DNA of 64,000 nt from Podospora anserina (lineage: Eukaryota): contig CM030333.1 in the NCBI GenBank assembly GCA_017654855.1, positions 372,001-436,000 of the forward strand. Direction: 5' to 3'. Shown here one piece after another: positions 9,736 to 22,163 of this stretch; position 1 is the stretch's first letter; each line of letters opens with the position of its first letter. The position numbers and the translations under genes were made by a program. Under the pieces are notes generated by a model. That model searched no databases. It had not been told where the DNA came from and worked only from the letters and a program-made list of their open reading frames with translations.

Positions 9736-12294
9736 ATGGCGTCAAGTACACAATTATTCTACCACCTTTGGCAGGAGGAGACGGTGCGCGAGAGATTCTT
9801 CGAGCTCTTGTCCAAGCAGGACCTCTGTGCCGTGAGAGTGGCCAATTCGGCCTGCTGCAATCTCGTCACCAGGCGGCTGTTTGTCCGCATCAACTTGACC
9901 TTCACATCAAACACCTTCACCAATCCTCACCGCATTCAGGCCTTGTCAAGGATTGGCCACCACATCGAGCACCTCAGCTTCACCTTTCCCCATTCCAATG
10001 CCACCTTTCTACCCCCTCTCATTCACCCACAGACAGGCCAGGAGATCCTGTTTCTGTACAACCCCCACACGTCCATGGCTTCGGCGCTCACAAGGCCAAA
10101 GTATGGCAATTCGGAGCTCGGCGACATCCTCACGCAGCAGTACCCGCCTCTTTTCCATGCGGCCAGTAATGTTCCCTCCTTCATCAACGCCATGAAGCAC
10201 ATGACCAACATGCGCCACCTCACCATCAGAACTCCCGGCCAGGAGCCCAGTGAGCGTTACCGGAGGGACATTGTTGATTACGCCCTCATCAGCCTCCGCA
10301 TCTCAGTCGAGCGCGCGCCTCTCACCAAGCTCACCAAGCTTTCGCTCTCTGGTGTTCACCCTTCCTCCTTCAACTACCTCCGTCACAAGCCGGGCTTCGG
10401 CGCTCTCCCCTCGGCGGCCCTCCGATGGCGTCAAATCAAGAAGCTGTACATTTCTGTCGAGAGCTGGGACTTTTATGGCCCTGCCCCCGGTCTCGACCAC
10501 CTCAAGATTATTGACGACTACATCCGGGAGTTTGCCCCTCAGCTGGAAAAGTTTTCATTCACTTGGCTTGGGAGGAAGGGACCCTGCCCCATTGCCCTCT
10601 CTGGCGACCCCCTTTTCGCCGCCCCAAGACACTCCAAGAAGCTGTTCAACGAGGTCACTTCCCCCATGTCTCCTCTTCCGCCCAAACCACTTAGACATTC
10701 GCTCGTGATGCCCAAGTTGAGGTGCATGGCGGTCAAAAACGCGACGATGAATGGGCAGCAGGTGAAGGGACTCGTCGCCGACCATCGGGGCACTGTCAGG
10801 GAATTTGACTTTGACAATGTGGCACTCATCAGAGGCAGTTGGGACGATGCGCTGGGCCCACTGGTGGACAAAGAAGAGGGCGGCAGTCCCGACAGCTGGT
10901 CAAGAAAATCATTCGCTTCCGCAGGCTCAAACACAAGACCCGGGACATCCAGGACAAATACCTCGGCAGGGTCTGCGGTGGCAAACTCGTCGGAGGACGA
11001 AGCTGTCACACCGTCGTCGGCTGCGGCCGAGGCAAGCAGGGAGTTGTTCGAGGTCGACCTGGAGGGAATGGTCTTTGGCGGCGTCAACGACGTCGACAAC
11101 TTCGAGGCCGGGGTGGAGGAGTGGGCTAGGGGTGTTACTGCTGCCGCTGCTTCTGCGTCTGCCAGCAACGACCGCTTGGATGACTATGATGACGTCGCCT
11201 CTGACATTGAGGCCGCCAAGCAGGCGAGCGAAGGGTTCAGCACGACGCTTAGGAAGAGGAGATTGAGAAAGAAGAGGAGGCACCATGACCACGATGAAGA
11301 AGACGAGCGCAAGAGCCAGAAGAGCACCGAAAAAGAAAAGGAAAAGAGCACTCGCCACTTTCCCGGCCTCGGCAAGAGCAGCAGCAAGCTTACGCTCAAA
11401 CACTCGCGCAGCCGCAGCGACGAGACGGCTTCCACCACCCCCAAAGAAACCAAAGATCGTGAACGCTCTGAATCCCGTCCTCGTCTCCAACGTCGCCGCC
11501 GTCACCGTCGCCACCACTCCTTGGATGATGCTCTCCCAGCTCTCCCTACAATGCCGTCCATGCCGGAGGTGGTTGGCTCTGACGACGAGTCCTACTTCAA
11601 CTCGCAGCACCCTTACTATACCTCCCCTGGTCCATCCACGCCACCCCCCCTCACCCGGTCTAACTCTCTGTCTTCCTCCCATTCTGTCTCCCCGGCCCCT
11701 TCCCCATCCCCTACCGGAAATAACAGGGGCAGCTCCAGAATCGAGATCTCAGTCCCTCTCCTCAACCCGGACCCCTTCCCCGTCCTCCTCCAGCCAACAG
11801 TTTACGACCCCTCGGCCAAGACCGGGCCGTTCGTGTGCTCCGTTGTCGGAGAGGAAGACCATGGGCTTTATGAAGACGACGGTCTGAGCCCAGCACAGAG
11901 ATTGATCGAAGCGGACATGCTTGCCGAAGCGCAAGAGCGTGAGGCTAGGTCGTCTGCGCTCAAGAGAGCGAGGGAGGCAGTCATGACGAAGCTCTCGAGA
12001 GAGTTTTCGAGAAAGGCCAACGCGAACAGTGAAAAGAACAAGGGGTCGGCGGCGGTGCAGCAGGTCGCTGGGATGATGAGCCTTGCCGATTTACCTTTGC
12101 ACCCTTTGCATACCGGAGGCAATGCTAGCAGCCACAATGTGGGCGGAGGCAATAACAGTATCGGATGCAGGATCCGGGAAGGGCTGTTTGGAAAGAGCAT
12201 GGCGAATGTGGCCGAGTGCAGGTCGGATCAGCAGAGGGTGACCATGGAGAGTAACGGCAGCGTGTTGGTGCCGCTTATTTTTGCCAGGTCTTGA
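9736..12294 (+). CDS. Conserved fungal hypothetical protein; F-box-like N-terminus, LRR-like middle, disordered basic/Ser-rich C-half
   Basis: 852-aa uninterrupted ORF with biased codon use. The N-terminal segment LWQEETVRERFFELLSKQDLCAVRVANSACCNLVTRRLF resembles an F-box; LRKRRLRKKRR is NLS-like. Confidence 0.75.
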   Translation: MASSTQLFYHLWQEETVRERFFELLSKQDLCAVRVANSACCNLVTRRLFVRINLTFTSNTFTNPHRIQALSRIGHHIEHLSFTFPHSNATFLPPLIHPQTGQEILFLYNPHTSMASALTRPKYGNSELGDILTQQYPPLFHAASNVPSFINAMKHMTNMRHLTIRTPGQEPSERYRRDIVDYALISLRISVERAPLTKLTKLSLSGVHPSSFNYLRHKPGFGALPSAALRWRQIKKLYISVESWDFYGPAPGLDHLKIIDDYIREFAPQLEKFSFTWLGRKGPCPIALSGDPLFAAPRHSKKLFNEVTSPMSPLPPKPLRHSLVMPKLRCMAVKNATMNGQQVKGLVADHRGTVREFDFDNVALIRGSWDDALGPLVDKEEGGSPDSWSRKSFASAGSNTRPGTSRTNTSAGSAVANSSEDEAVTPSSAAAEASRELFEVDLEGMVFGGVNDVDNFEAGVEEWARGVTAAAASASASNDRLDDYDDVASDIEAAKQASEGFSTTLRKRRLRKKRRHHDHDEEDERKSQKSTEKEKEKSTRHFPGLGKSSSKLTLKHSRSRSDETASTTPKETKDRERSESRPRLQRRRRHRRHHSLDDALPALPTMPSMPEVVGSDDESYFNSQHPYYTSPGPSTPPPLTRSNSLSSSHSVSPAPSPSPTGNNRGSSRIEISVPLLNPDPFPVLLQPTVYDPSAKTGPFVCSVVGEEDHGLYEDDGLSPAQRLIEADMLAEAQEREARSSALKRAREAVMTKLSREFSRKANANSEKNKGSAAVQQVAGMMSLADLPLHPLHTGGNASSHNVGGGNNSIGCRIREGLFGKSMANVAECRSDQQRVTMESNGSVLVPLIFARS

Positions 12295-13760
12295 GGTGGT
12301 TTAATGGGGTTTCTTGTCACTCTTTATCAACACCTTTTTTTCTCTGTCTTCTCTCATGTTAACGAATGAACGGACGGGGATGACAAGACACGGTGTTATG
12401 TATTTATGATTCAAGGACGGAAAAAAAGGACTGGCTGGCATACTTTGGCAAGGTACAGGTGCAACGGACCGGTCAAACAAAGATACCTTGGGAATGGCAT
12501 CATCGCTGGTGTTGGGGATGGCGGGACATGGAAGGGTGTGTGATTGGGCGGTGGGTGGCAGTTGTTTTATGACATTTACGACCATTTTTACGTTACTATT
12601 CTGAACATTGTTATTTATCATCATCGACTTGACGATCATTACCATGATATGATATATCTCAAGTCTCTGTACCTTACTTATCTTTTGGTATCACCGAACT
12701 ATGCGCACCTTGAATTCTAGAAATCCCTCAGTACCTACCTTACCTAGGACAGAGACAGCAGACGGTGTGACAGGGTCCGAAACAGAAACTCTGTGACACT
12801 GACTGACTGCTTTGGCTGCCAAGTGCTGGTGTTTCGAGGGCGTCCAAGAAAAAGGCATCAGCATTGATAACAATCCCATGCCGTCCAACCAAGAAAGCGA
12901 TCGAAAATGGGCACGCTCGGCTCACTCAGCAGACAAGACTTCTTGAGATCAGCGATCACCAAGCGATGAAGCGATGAGGTGCAGCGACCAACAGGCATGG
13001 GACGTGCTCCGACGAAGTGCCTGCAACGGCTTGGCAGCACTGTTCTAGGCCCGACCGAAGGGCCGGGACGAATCAGACCAGAGCTTGCAAATATCCGTGT
13101 CCGCCTTCAGGGTGGTTGCTAGCCCCGACGGGCATAGCGTGGACGTGTTCGCTCAGCTTCCCTGTCCCAAAAATCCTTGGAACCTGGAGATTTGCTCCAT
13201 CTGAACCCGCGAACCCGCCGCCGCAATCAATTGAGAGCCTCGACAGGTTCCCGCCCTGGGGCTAGAAGCTCAGAGCTCAGACGTCGTTTACGGTTTCGCT
13301 TTTTGATTGATTTCGTCCTTCTATCATCTGTCTGTCAGTGCTGTCAGTCTGTCCGTCTCTCGCCCGCCTTGTGCCTGTCCTGTTCGTCTTCTTTGTCAGC
13401 CACGTGTTGTCCCCAGCAATCAGATCATCCGAACCTCCTGACCTGACAGGCCCTCCCGATCTATCTCGGCTTGCTTTGACTATCCGAAAACCGAACTGAC
13501 GCACATAACCCACAGACGACACCTGTCGGCCACCATCCTGTCCGCATCTTTATGACTCGGTCGAGCCGGTATTGAGTCTAATCGCCGTTCACCTACGAGC
13601 AACCGAAGCCCTGGATATCGCCCTCCCTCCCCCGAACTGTCACGATACGGTCCCGTCGACACGCCCACCAAGCTCCGAGCCTCCCTACAGCAAGCAGCAT
13701 GCATCGGCCCCGACAGACCCGTCCAGACTGTCTTTTATAGTCTGCCGAAGTCTGCCGAAG

Positions 13761-16700
13761 ATGAGAGTCGCGATCCGGGAGCAGCTCGCAGCCCTTGTGA
13801 TATTTGCCGTCCTCGTTGCGCTCGCCATTGTCTCGATTCCAACATGGATATTTGTCAACAATTTTGTCATTGGCGTTGAGTCGGGTGGTCTGCTTCTGAC
13901 TGCCTCGCTCAAGGCTGCAAGGATATCATCCGAAATCGATCTGATTCAGACAACATGTCTTACCATCTCGACGCGCTTGATGCTGCAACAAGCATTCAAG
14001 AACTATTATCAAGGGAAAACCGAACCTGGAAGCGAAGATCCCTGGGTGGAAGCCGTCGCCGATCTCAAAAGCGCTCTCGGCAGCTCAGGCTTCTCGGGAC
14101 TTGTGCAAGGCCGCTTATACTCGAGGAATTCAACCGGCAATGCCAATGGGCTATTGAGTATCACCGGAAACGGAAACGGTGGCCCCATTTATCTTCCCTA
14201 CCTGGGAAGTAACGGCTTGCCGGTTGTGCTTGGAGACGATACTTATGGCAACGGCTTCCCGCCCATGCTCTATCCAAACATCAGCTACCGAAATAACGGC
14301 CGGCAACACCAGTTCGTCAACACGACATCCTTCTCCGCCGAGGTCTTCCCCGGCGTGTCTCTCGGCAACGGAAGTGATGGAAATGGCATCCTGCTTGGCC
14401 CTCTAGTTGTCAACTCCAGCTTTGCCCTGGTTTCCATCACCGTCCCCGTTCGCCAGAACGACCAGCCCCGTTATATATTGGGATACATGACACTCGTTGC
14501 CACTGCGAATACCTTGATAGATGTCCAGAGGTCTCGGGAAGGGCTGGGTCGCACGGGAGTGGTCCTTTTCATGGGCTCTACGAACCCTTGGAATCACTTT
14601 GAGAGGCGGGTAGCGGCATCGAATGAAACATGGCAACCGCCGCCGGACGAGTTCTCCAAAGAAGATATACACTTCCTCCTCCCACCCCATCCGCCAGAGG
14701 ATCAGGATGATCGTCATGACCAACACAGCTATGAGTCGGGAAACTTTGGCGCTCCTTTCCCCGTAACTTCTTATCCCATGGTTCACGACGTCTTCCGCAA
14801 GCAAAACCTTGAGCATCCCAACTATGCAATCAGCGACCTGACTACTACCAACGAACAAGGGCACTCGGTGGCGGTGGGTGCTGCCCGACCGCAAACATCA
14901 CTGGTGTCGTGGGCTGTGGTGGTAGAACAAGATGCAAATGAGGCCTTTGAACCCATTCACACCCTCAGGAGCATCCTCTTGGCCTGTGTGTTTGGCACCT
15001 TGGGACTTGTGCTGCTCCTGATCTTCCCTTGCGCCCATCTCAGTGTTATGCCCATTTTGAGGCTCAAGTCTGCCACAGAGAAGTCGATCGCCCCGCCAGG
15101 TTACGAGGATGAAGACAGCGACTCGTATGACGAAGAAAACCCCAGCTCGGGGGGCACAACTTCCGGGCGGCTATCCGAAAAAACGATCGTGGGCAAGATT
15201 CGCCGTCACATCCGCAGACGTAGACGAGCCAAGGCTCGGCAGGGCATTTCGAATGAACCCACTCGTCGACAGTTCAAGATACCAGCACGTGTGGAGGACC
15301 GCAAGCACTTTGTGACGGACGAGCTGACGGAGCTTACGCAAACATTCAACGAAATGACGGATGAGCTTTTGAAGCAATACACCTCGCTGGACGAGAAAGT
15401 GGCCGAACGGACCAGGGAGCTCGAGATCAGCAAGAAGGCTGCCGAGGCTGCAAACGAGAGCAAGACCCTGTTTATCGCCAACATCTCGCACGAGCTCAAG
15501 ACACCGTTGAATGGAATTATGGGCATGTGTGCAGTTTGCATGGAGGAAGACGACATCGTTCGTATCAAGCAATCGCTCAAAACGCTCTACAAATCGGGAG
15601 ATTTGCTGCTCCATCTGCTTGAGGACTTGCTCAGTTTCTCCAAGAACCAAATTGGGCAACAAGTCAGCCTTGAAGAGCGGGATTTCCGGTTGGGTGAGGT
15701 TCGATCACAGATGCTTGCCATTTTTGACAAGCAAGTCCGGGAGAACAAGGTCAGCTTTGCTGTTAACTTTGTCGGCACCGAATACATCGACGGAAACCCA
15801 AGTCCAGAACGGACAAGCATCGACAAACGGCTTCCTGCTCTGGGCCCCCCTGGTGTCGGCAGGTTGAAGGATATGTGTCTCTGGGGAGATCAGCATCGTA
15901 TCTTGCAAGTCATCATTAACCTGGTGAGCAACAGCTTGAAGTTCACGCCAGCAGGAGGCAAGGTTGAGCTCAGGATCAGGTGTCTTGGTGAGATCGAGCA
16001 GCCAAGTGATGAGAGTAGGACATCGTCCTTCTCCAAAAATGGGTCCAACCGCCCGGGACGAACGCGTCATCGCATGGGTTCCGGGTCGACACATTCGGCC
16101 AGTTCCAAGGGCGGGCAGTCTCCAGCGTCACCACCACCAAAAACAGATGGCACGGCGCTCTCCATCAACCCCGTTGATCGAAAGGTTTCCACCCACATTC
16201 AAATCAGAGAGCGCTCACCAACACCTCCACCGCCGAATGCAAGAACGTACATGTTCGAATTCGAAGTGGAAGACACAGGCCCTGGTATCCCCGAGCACAT
16301 GCAGCAAAAGATCTTTGAGCCTTTCGTACAGGGCGACTTGGGCCTGAGTAAGAAGTATGGCGGCACCGGTCTGGGACTGAGCATCTGCTCGCAGCTGGCG
16401 ACCATCATGGGCGGTAGTATCTCGCTGAAGAGTACTGTTGGTGTTGGTACGACGTTCACCATGCAGATACCACTCAAGTACATTAGAGATCGGTAAGTCA
16501 ACAAGCCTTTTTATTCATGGTGATGACGTGGTCATGGCTAATTGTTTCTCGTAGCGCTTCCAGTACAGCATCCAGTAGTATTGGGTCTCGTCCACAGAGC
16601 GTGTCTTCAGCAGACGGGCGCGCGGCTGCTGAGGCTGACCGGCGGAATTCGCTATCTAGAGCCTCCAACGACGTCCAGCCTCCGCCATCTACCGTGCTCG

Positions 16701-17377
16701 ATAAGCAACCCCGCCTAGTAGGCCTGAGACAGCCATTTTTTGCGACAAATCTCACAGCCCGCCCTACTGCAGAGGATCAGTTGGCCGTGATTGATCGCGC
16801 CATGGAAAACAAGCCACCTGAGCAAGGGAAGCTCCGCGTCCTCGTGGCCGATGACAACTCGACCAACATTGAAGTTGTCAGTCGAATGCTCAAGCTGGAA
16901 GATATCTACGATGTGACCATTGCCAAGGACGGGCAAGAAGCATATGATCTTGTCAAAGCCAACATGGAGAACAACCAGCGCTTCGATGTCATCTTCATGG
17001 ACATTCAAATGCCAAATCTCGATGGTCTCCAGTCCACTCGATTGATCCGAAAGATGGGTTACTCTGCTCCCATTGTTGCTCTGACCGCATTCTCCGAGGA
17101 GTCCAATGTCAAGGAGTGCATGGAATCGGGAATGGATGAGTTCCTGAGCAAGCCTATCCGACGGCCGGCATTGAAACAAGTGCTCAAGAAGTTTGCCACC
17201 ATTGAGGAAGAGCCCGAGACATCAAGCTTGACGACAAAGAAAACCTCGCCAAACCAGACCCCGGCACAGACGCCAGGCCAAGAGAGCTCCGACCCCCTTG
17301 CTCTCACCAATGGAGACGCCGTTGCACCTAAGGCTAAGGGAACTGCCCATGGCCCTCGTATAAATGGTTCGGCCTGA
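13761..17377 (+). CDS. SLN1: Transmembrane hybrid histidine kinase, SLN1/TcsB type; intron 16493-16554
   Basis: Two TM segments flank an extracellular domain. H-box [16 protein letters not shown]-box [18 protein letters not shown]1 EDTGPGIP, G2 [10 protein letters not shown]; receiver VLVADDN...IFMDIQMP...KP. The intron gtaagt...gctaat...gtag joins ORFs 13572..16496 and 16517..17377. Confidence 0.92.
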
Positions 17378-18456
17378 ACTGCATCTTGATCTCCCGCCTT
17401 TCAATACACTTTCTGTCATATCTCTTATAATCTGGCGGTTGCTTCTTGGACGAAGATATAATCAGCATACTATTTCGGTGCAAGGCGTTTTTGGATTTTG
17501 GTCTTTTTTTCTCTTCGTTCTTCCGAGCAAGGCGTAGGGCGTTTGCTGTTTTTTTTTCTCTTCTAGCACGATTCCAACCCCCAATCTGCTTTTTGGGCGG
17601 GTTTCTAGAATGCTCGGTGGGTTTGCCGTCTCTGCTGCTATGCTGGACGAGACGGGCTTGCCCGCCAGGATCTGCTATATCTATCTTCTTTGCTCTTTAT
17701 TCTTTTCTTAACCCTTTCTCATTGAAGTGTAGGATTGGCCGAGGGCTTCTTGGGATGGGGTAGCTCGTGTATATGGGCCATGTTTTTTTTTGGGTATCTA
17801 GTGTTGGACCGGCAAGGCAAGGGGAATAAAAAGGGTCAGTCGGGTTTTCTTTGTGCCAACGACCAACATAAAAACTGGTCAGGAGCAAAAACGAGAGAAG
17901 ATGCAGAGGTACATAGTAATTTTTCTTGTCAATTTGTTGATGGGATGGGTGGCCGCGGTAGGCAGAGGTTGCTTATGAGGTTGGAAGGGTGTGGTTAGTT
18001 TGCAAATATAGGAGCTGTTCTTGTCTTGAGAGTCATAACTTTATGTCTGAAATTTGTGAATACATGTTGTTTTGTAGGGTCAGGGCCTAAGGGGGTCTCA
18101 TTTCAAAAAGGGGGATTCAGGGGTAGGTCCATATTCACCTCTACTATGACGCCAAATTGAGCAGCGGCCATTTAAAATTATCATCGTAATCATACAAAAA
18201 AACACTTGCACTATGAAGACCCTAGGAGAAGGCACACTAATTTGCTGCCCAAACAACGCGACTGCTGAACCGTGCTCTCAGTCTCAAAACCAACGGCAAA
18301 GGCATTCGTTCAATGTGCTCAATCCAATCAAACTCCGTCAGACCATCAACCCGAACCAAACCAAAAGTTATCAACTCAAAATTCAGAATGAGTACATCCT
18401 CTCATGGTATAACCTCTTCCTCTCCGTCTTCCCAAGACAAACTCAGACCTCCCCCC

Positions 18457-19367
18457 CTAAGCATGGCCGTTCTGTTGTCCAGTCATGTAAGCACTGAATG
18501 ATCTCTGTTGCTATTGTCAGTCACGCAGTCCTTTGTCAGGAGAAGGGGTCTGAAAGAAAAAAGAAGAAAACATACCGCGTTTCTGGTCTGAATAAACACC
18601 GTCCCTGGGCCGGTGAACTTGCAGACGAGACCTTCACCAGACGCAAAGCCCGAAATGATGCCTCCCGAGGTGACCCGCTCCATGATGTACTTGACGTTCC
18701 AGGCGACCAAGTGGCCGTTGTCCACAATGTATTTCTCGCCTTCGGCCAGCTGTTTCCATGACATTAGCATTCCGGAATGTTTATTGTCAAGACTGGGCGG
18801 GAGAAAAAACAAAACTCACGTCTTTCCTGATAATGGCACCAAAGCTCGTCAGCCACAACAGGCCCGTCCCGCTAATCTTGTACACCCAGAGCCCCTCCCC
18901 GCTAAACATGGCCTTCCCCAGCCCCTGCCTCTTGTAGTCCTTGATCACATGCTGCGTGCTGGCGAGATACCCATCGTGGCTCACCGACCACGACTCGTTC
19001 CCGGTCAGCCTCAAGCTCGTGATGTCGCCCAGCATCGGCGGCGCGAGCAGCAGCTCTCCGGGACCGGTGTAGTGTGACTGGCTCATCTCGCCGCCCGCCA
19101 CCAGCTTCTTCATGCTGAACTTGTAGGAGCCTTTGAGCTGGATAGACGGGGACATGGCAATCATGGCTCCGGGTCTCGCCTCAAAGGGGCAGCCAATGGC
19201 GAGCTGGATTGTGAGGACGGTATTGCAGTCGCGGTGGCTGATGCGGTAGGAGCCACCGTTGAAGGTGCCCACGTCGTCTACTACTGTGGAGGTAGCACCG
19301 ACGAACTGGCCAGCGGCTGGGGCGCCGAGCAGGGTGCTGGCTACTGAGGAGGGATCCATGGTTACGG

Positions 19368-19406
<39 letters not shown>

Positions 19407-19918
19407 TCTCGGCTGGATAAGAGGCATCCTTGTCTTCTGTGGGATATGAAGGAGGCGGTGCGAACTGTTGTGGCTGCTGCTGCTGCTGGGATGTCTGTGA
19501 TTGACTGCGTGCGTGTGTGGGCAGCGCAGCGTGTTGCGCCGGCGAGGGGGCTTGGGGTGGTGATGAGAATTGTGGCTGCTGGGGAGGAGGAGGGTACTGC
19601 TGGGGTGAAGAGGCAGCAGGGGGTGGTGTGGCAGCAGCTTGAGGAGGAGGAGGGTAGTTTCTACCCTGAGAGCTGCTTGGGGGAGCTGGGTAGGAGAACT
19701 TGGTCTGAGTCGGGGGAGCTGACATCGGTGGAGGCGGGTAGCTCTTCTGTGCTGGATAGGTCAAAAGTTATTAGCATATGGAATTCTCTCTACTGAGGAT
19801 GTAAACAGTCCATCGTACTTCCAGCACCGGCCGATCCGGGAGGGGCTATTCTGGTCAGCGCATCCAGTTGCCAGAGTTGAGTTAAGCAATAAGACTCACG
19901 AGGATAATAGCCGGACAT
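18457..19918 (-). CDS. AIM24/DUF124 (TRAP-like) family protein with Pro/Gln-rich N-terminus; exons 19918-19900, 19845-19819, 19751-18820, 18749-18576, 18504-18457
   Basis: Motifs [54 protein letters not shown] and [21 protein letters not shown]. Canonical introns restore the frame. Confidence 0.88.
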
Positions 19919-21216
19919 GCTGTAGAACTCACGAATACACTGAGGGTATGATGATGCACTTTCTCTTCTTCTATTCAAACACTGTTAGCATTGCGCAGCA
20001 AATCATGCACCCTTCAGATCATGGATCCAGACCTACACCCCGCACTTACAAGTTTCCCCGCGTTGATATCACAAGGGACTCACTTTGGTGACAGGTCCTG
20101 GGTATCACTGTAGTTTTTGAAGAAGATGAAGAAGAAGAATGTATTTGACAATACTAAGGGAAAGTAACAAGCTACAGCCTCACGAACAGACAAAAAAGAG
20201 GAACAGGAACGGGGAAGAGGCCAACCCGAGGCAGCTTTTGAAGGGCCGCGCAACGAACGACCCCGCAGCCGCCTCCCCCATGCTTTTGCAGCTTGTCGAG
20301 GCTGCCCACCACAGCGGCATTCGAGGGGGGAAAATGGCTGACGATCCAATCAGACAGCTTCACCTACCGTGGGCAGGCACGGGGAGCTTATGGACGAGGG
20401 CGCTTAGATGGATGAGTGCGAGCAGACTGAGCTGTTGATTGGCCGGCCAAGCATAGGGGTCGTACCAGTGCATTCTTCATCAGCATCCAGCCATCTGGGC
20501 GTCGATTCGGAATTGATTGCATGGTGCATCTTTAGGGTATCTTCCATGTCGTTGGCGGTCTCGGGGCTTTTTATAGATCCTGTCATTCTACACGACAATG
20601 GTGCCCTTGAGAGTTGTCACTTCATCCAAAGTCAATGCATGGGTATAGGTGAGGTGTCACAGGCCTTGGCAATCGCAGCTGACGGCGGCTGGCACCCTTC
20701 CAGGAAAAGGTCCAGACCATTCCCCCAACGGCCCGGTGAAATCTCCGCTTACAGATAATTGTCCAATTAGAACGCACCAGATCGAACATGATTGCATCAC
20801 TGCGCATGTGCCAAAGCGGGAGGAGCTTCGTCGGGAGCCCGGAGCTATCCTGACGAGGGAAAAAAAAGATCCAACGTCCGGAACTCACTCAGCACACATC
20901 CCGATCCCGATCCACATCGAACCACTCCGCCGACCGTCCCCCGGTGACCCGCTCGGTGATCAACAAATCAACAACAACAACAACGACAGCTCGAGCCTTG
21001 AAAAGGAACGCCCAGCCGTTGACCCTTCCTCAGTCAGCCGAGAGGGAGCCCGTGACGACGCTCTTCGCCGCGCCCTAGCTCGGCGTTAACGGAGAGACAA
21101 CAACCCCACCAGCGCAAGGAACCTTCGGTGACGACTTTGTTAAAAAAGGTGGAAGGGCGAGGTGGACTGTAGACAGCATTGTTCAAACCGACACAATTTC
21201 GATTACTCACGCCGTC

Positions 21217-22163
21217 ATGTTACGAACAGCCTTCGGGACGCTCGAGGCCCTTGTGGAGCGGAGCGCCTTGTCCATTACCAGAAATACCACAGGGAGACAG
21301 CTTTGGGCGAAACGGATATCGGCCAATACAACCAACGGACTACCATGGCATTGGAGGGCGAGGTTGTCACAGCTTAGACAGGCTTCACCAACCAAGTCCG
21401 CCTCGAACAAGAGCCCCTCGAAAGCCATCCCGCGCCAACAACTCAAAAACTCTTTTTTCACATCACGGCGGAATTTTCACTCTTCCAAAGCGAGGCGGGG
21501 GGATTCTGAGTCGGCCAAGAATGGGACTAAGACCACTGGGTCGCTGAGCCTGCGCGATAGGTTGAAGAAGCTATCGAGAGAGTACGGTTGGACGGCCATG
21601 GGTATCTACCTGGCTTTGTCTGTCTTGGACTTTCCCTTCTGCTTTCTGTTGGTGCGGACTGTGGGCACGGAGAGGATAGGTAGGAGCTACCCCAGTGTAG
21701 TATATACTGCTGGGACAATCAAAGCTGACTGGTGGCCTTGGCGTTGAACAGCTCATGTCGAAGAAGTAGTGGTGTCGAACGCAAAAAAGGTGATTCCGGA
21801 GCGAGTTCAGAATCGATGGAACGAGTATCGCAAGTCGTTGAAGGAAGCAAAGCAAGAGCTCACTGGCAAGGCTGATGCCGAAGTGGTGGGCCATGGCGTA
21901 GCCGAAGCGGAGGAAGCAAACAAGGGAGAGGGAGCCAGTAAGTTCATGCGGTGCTTTTGTGCCATGTCACGACACGTAACCTAACATTTCGTCTAGGCTT
22001 GGCAACCCAGCTCGCGCTGGCTTACGCTATTCACAAAAGCTTCATCTTCTTCCGCATTCCCTTGACAGCAGCTATCACTCCCAAGATCGTAAAGACCCTT
22101 CGGGGTTGGGGCTGGCAAATCGGCAAGCGCCCGGTCAGGCCACACAAAAAGGCATCTGACTAG
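21217..22163 (+). CDS. Mitochondrial DUF1279/FAM210 (NAT2-like) protein; introns 21680-21751 and 21938-21996
   Basis: Arg/Ser-rich presequence, then LKKLSREYGWTAMGIYLALSVLDFPFCFLLVR and LATQLALAYAIHKSFIFFRIPLTAAITPKIVKTLRGWGW. Confidence 0.87.

Noticed and set aside
13572-13760. TTG-initiated extension of the histidine kinase, and similar extensions for AXL2 (41197), BUD32 (56679) and GCLM (54482)
   Set aside because: Mostly artefacts of non-ATG starts in the ORF track; the GCLM 54482 ATG lies within the intron. Conserved starts and signal peptides lie at the ATGs reported.
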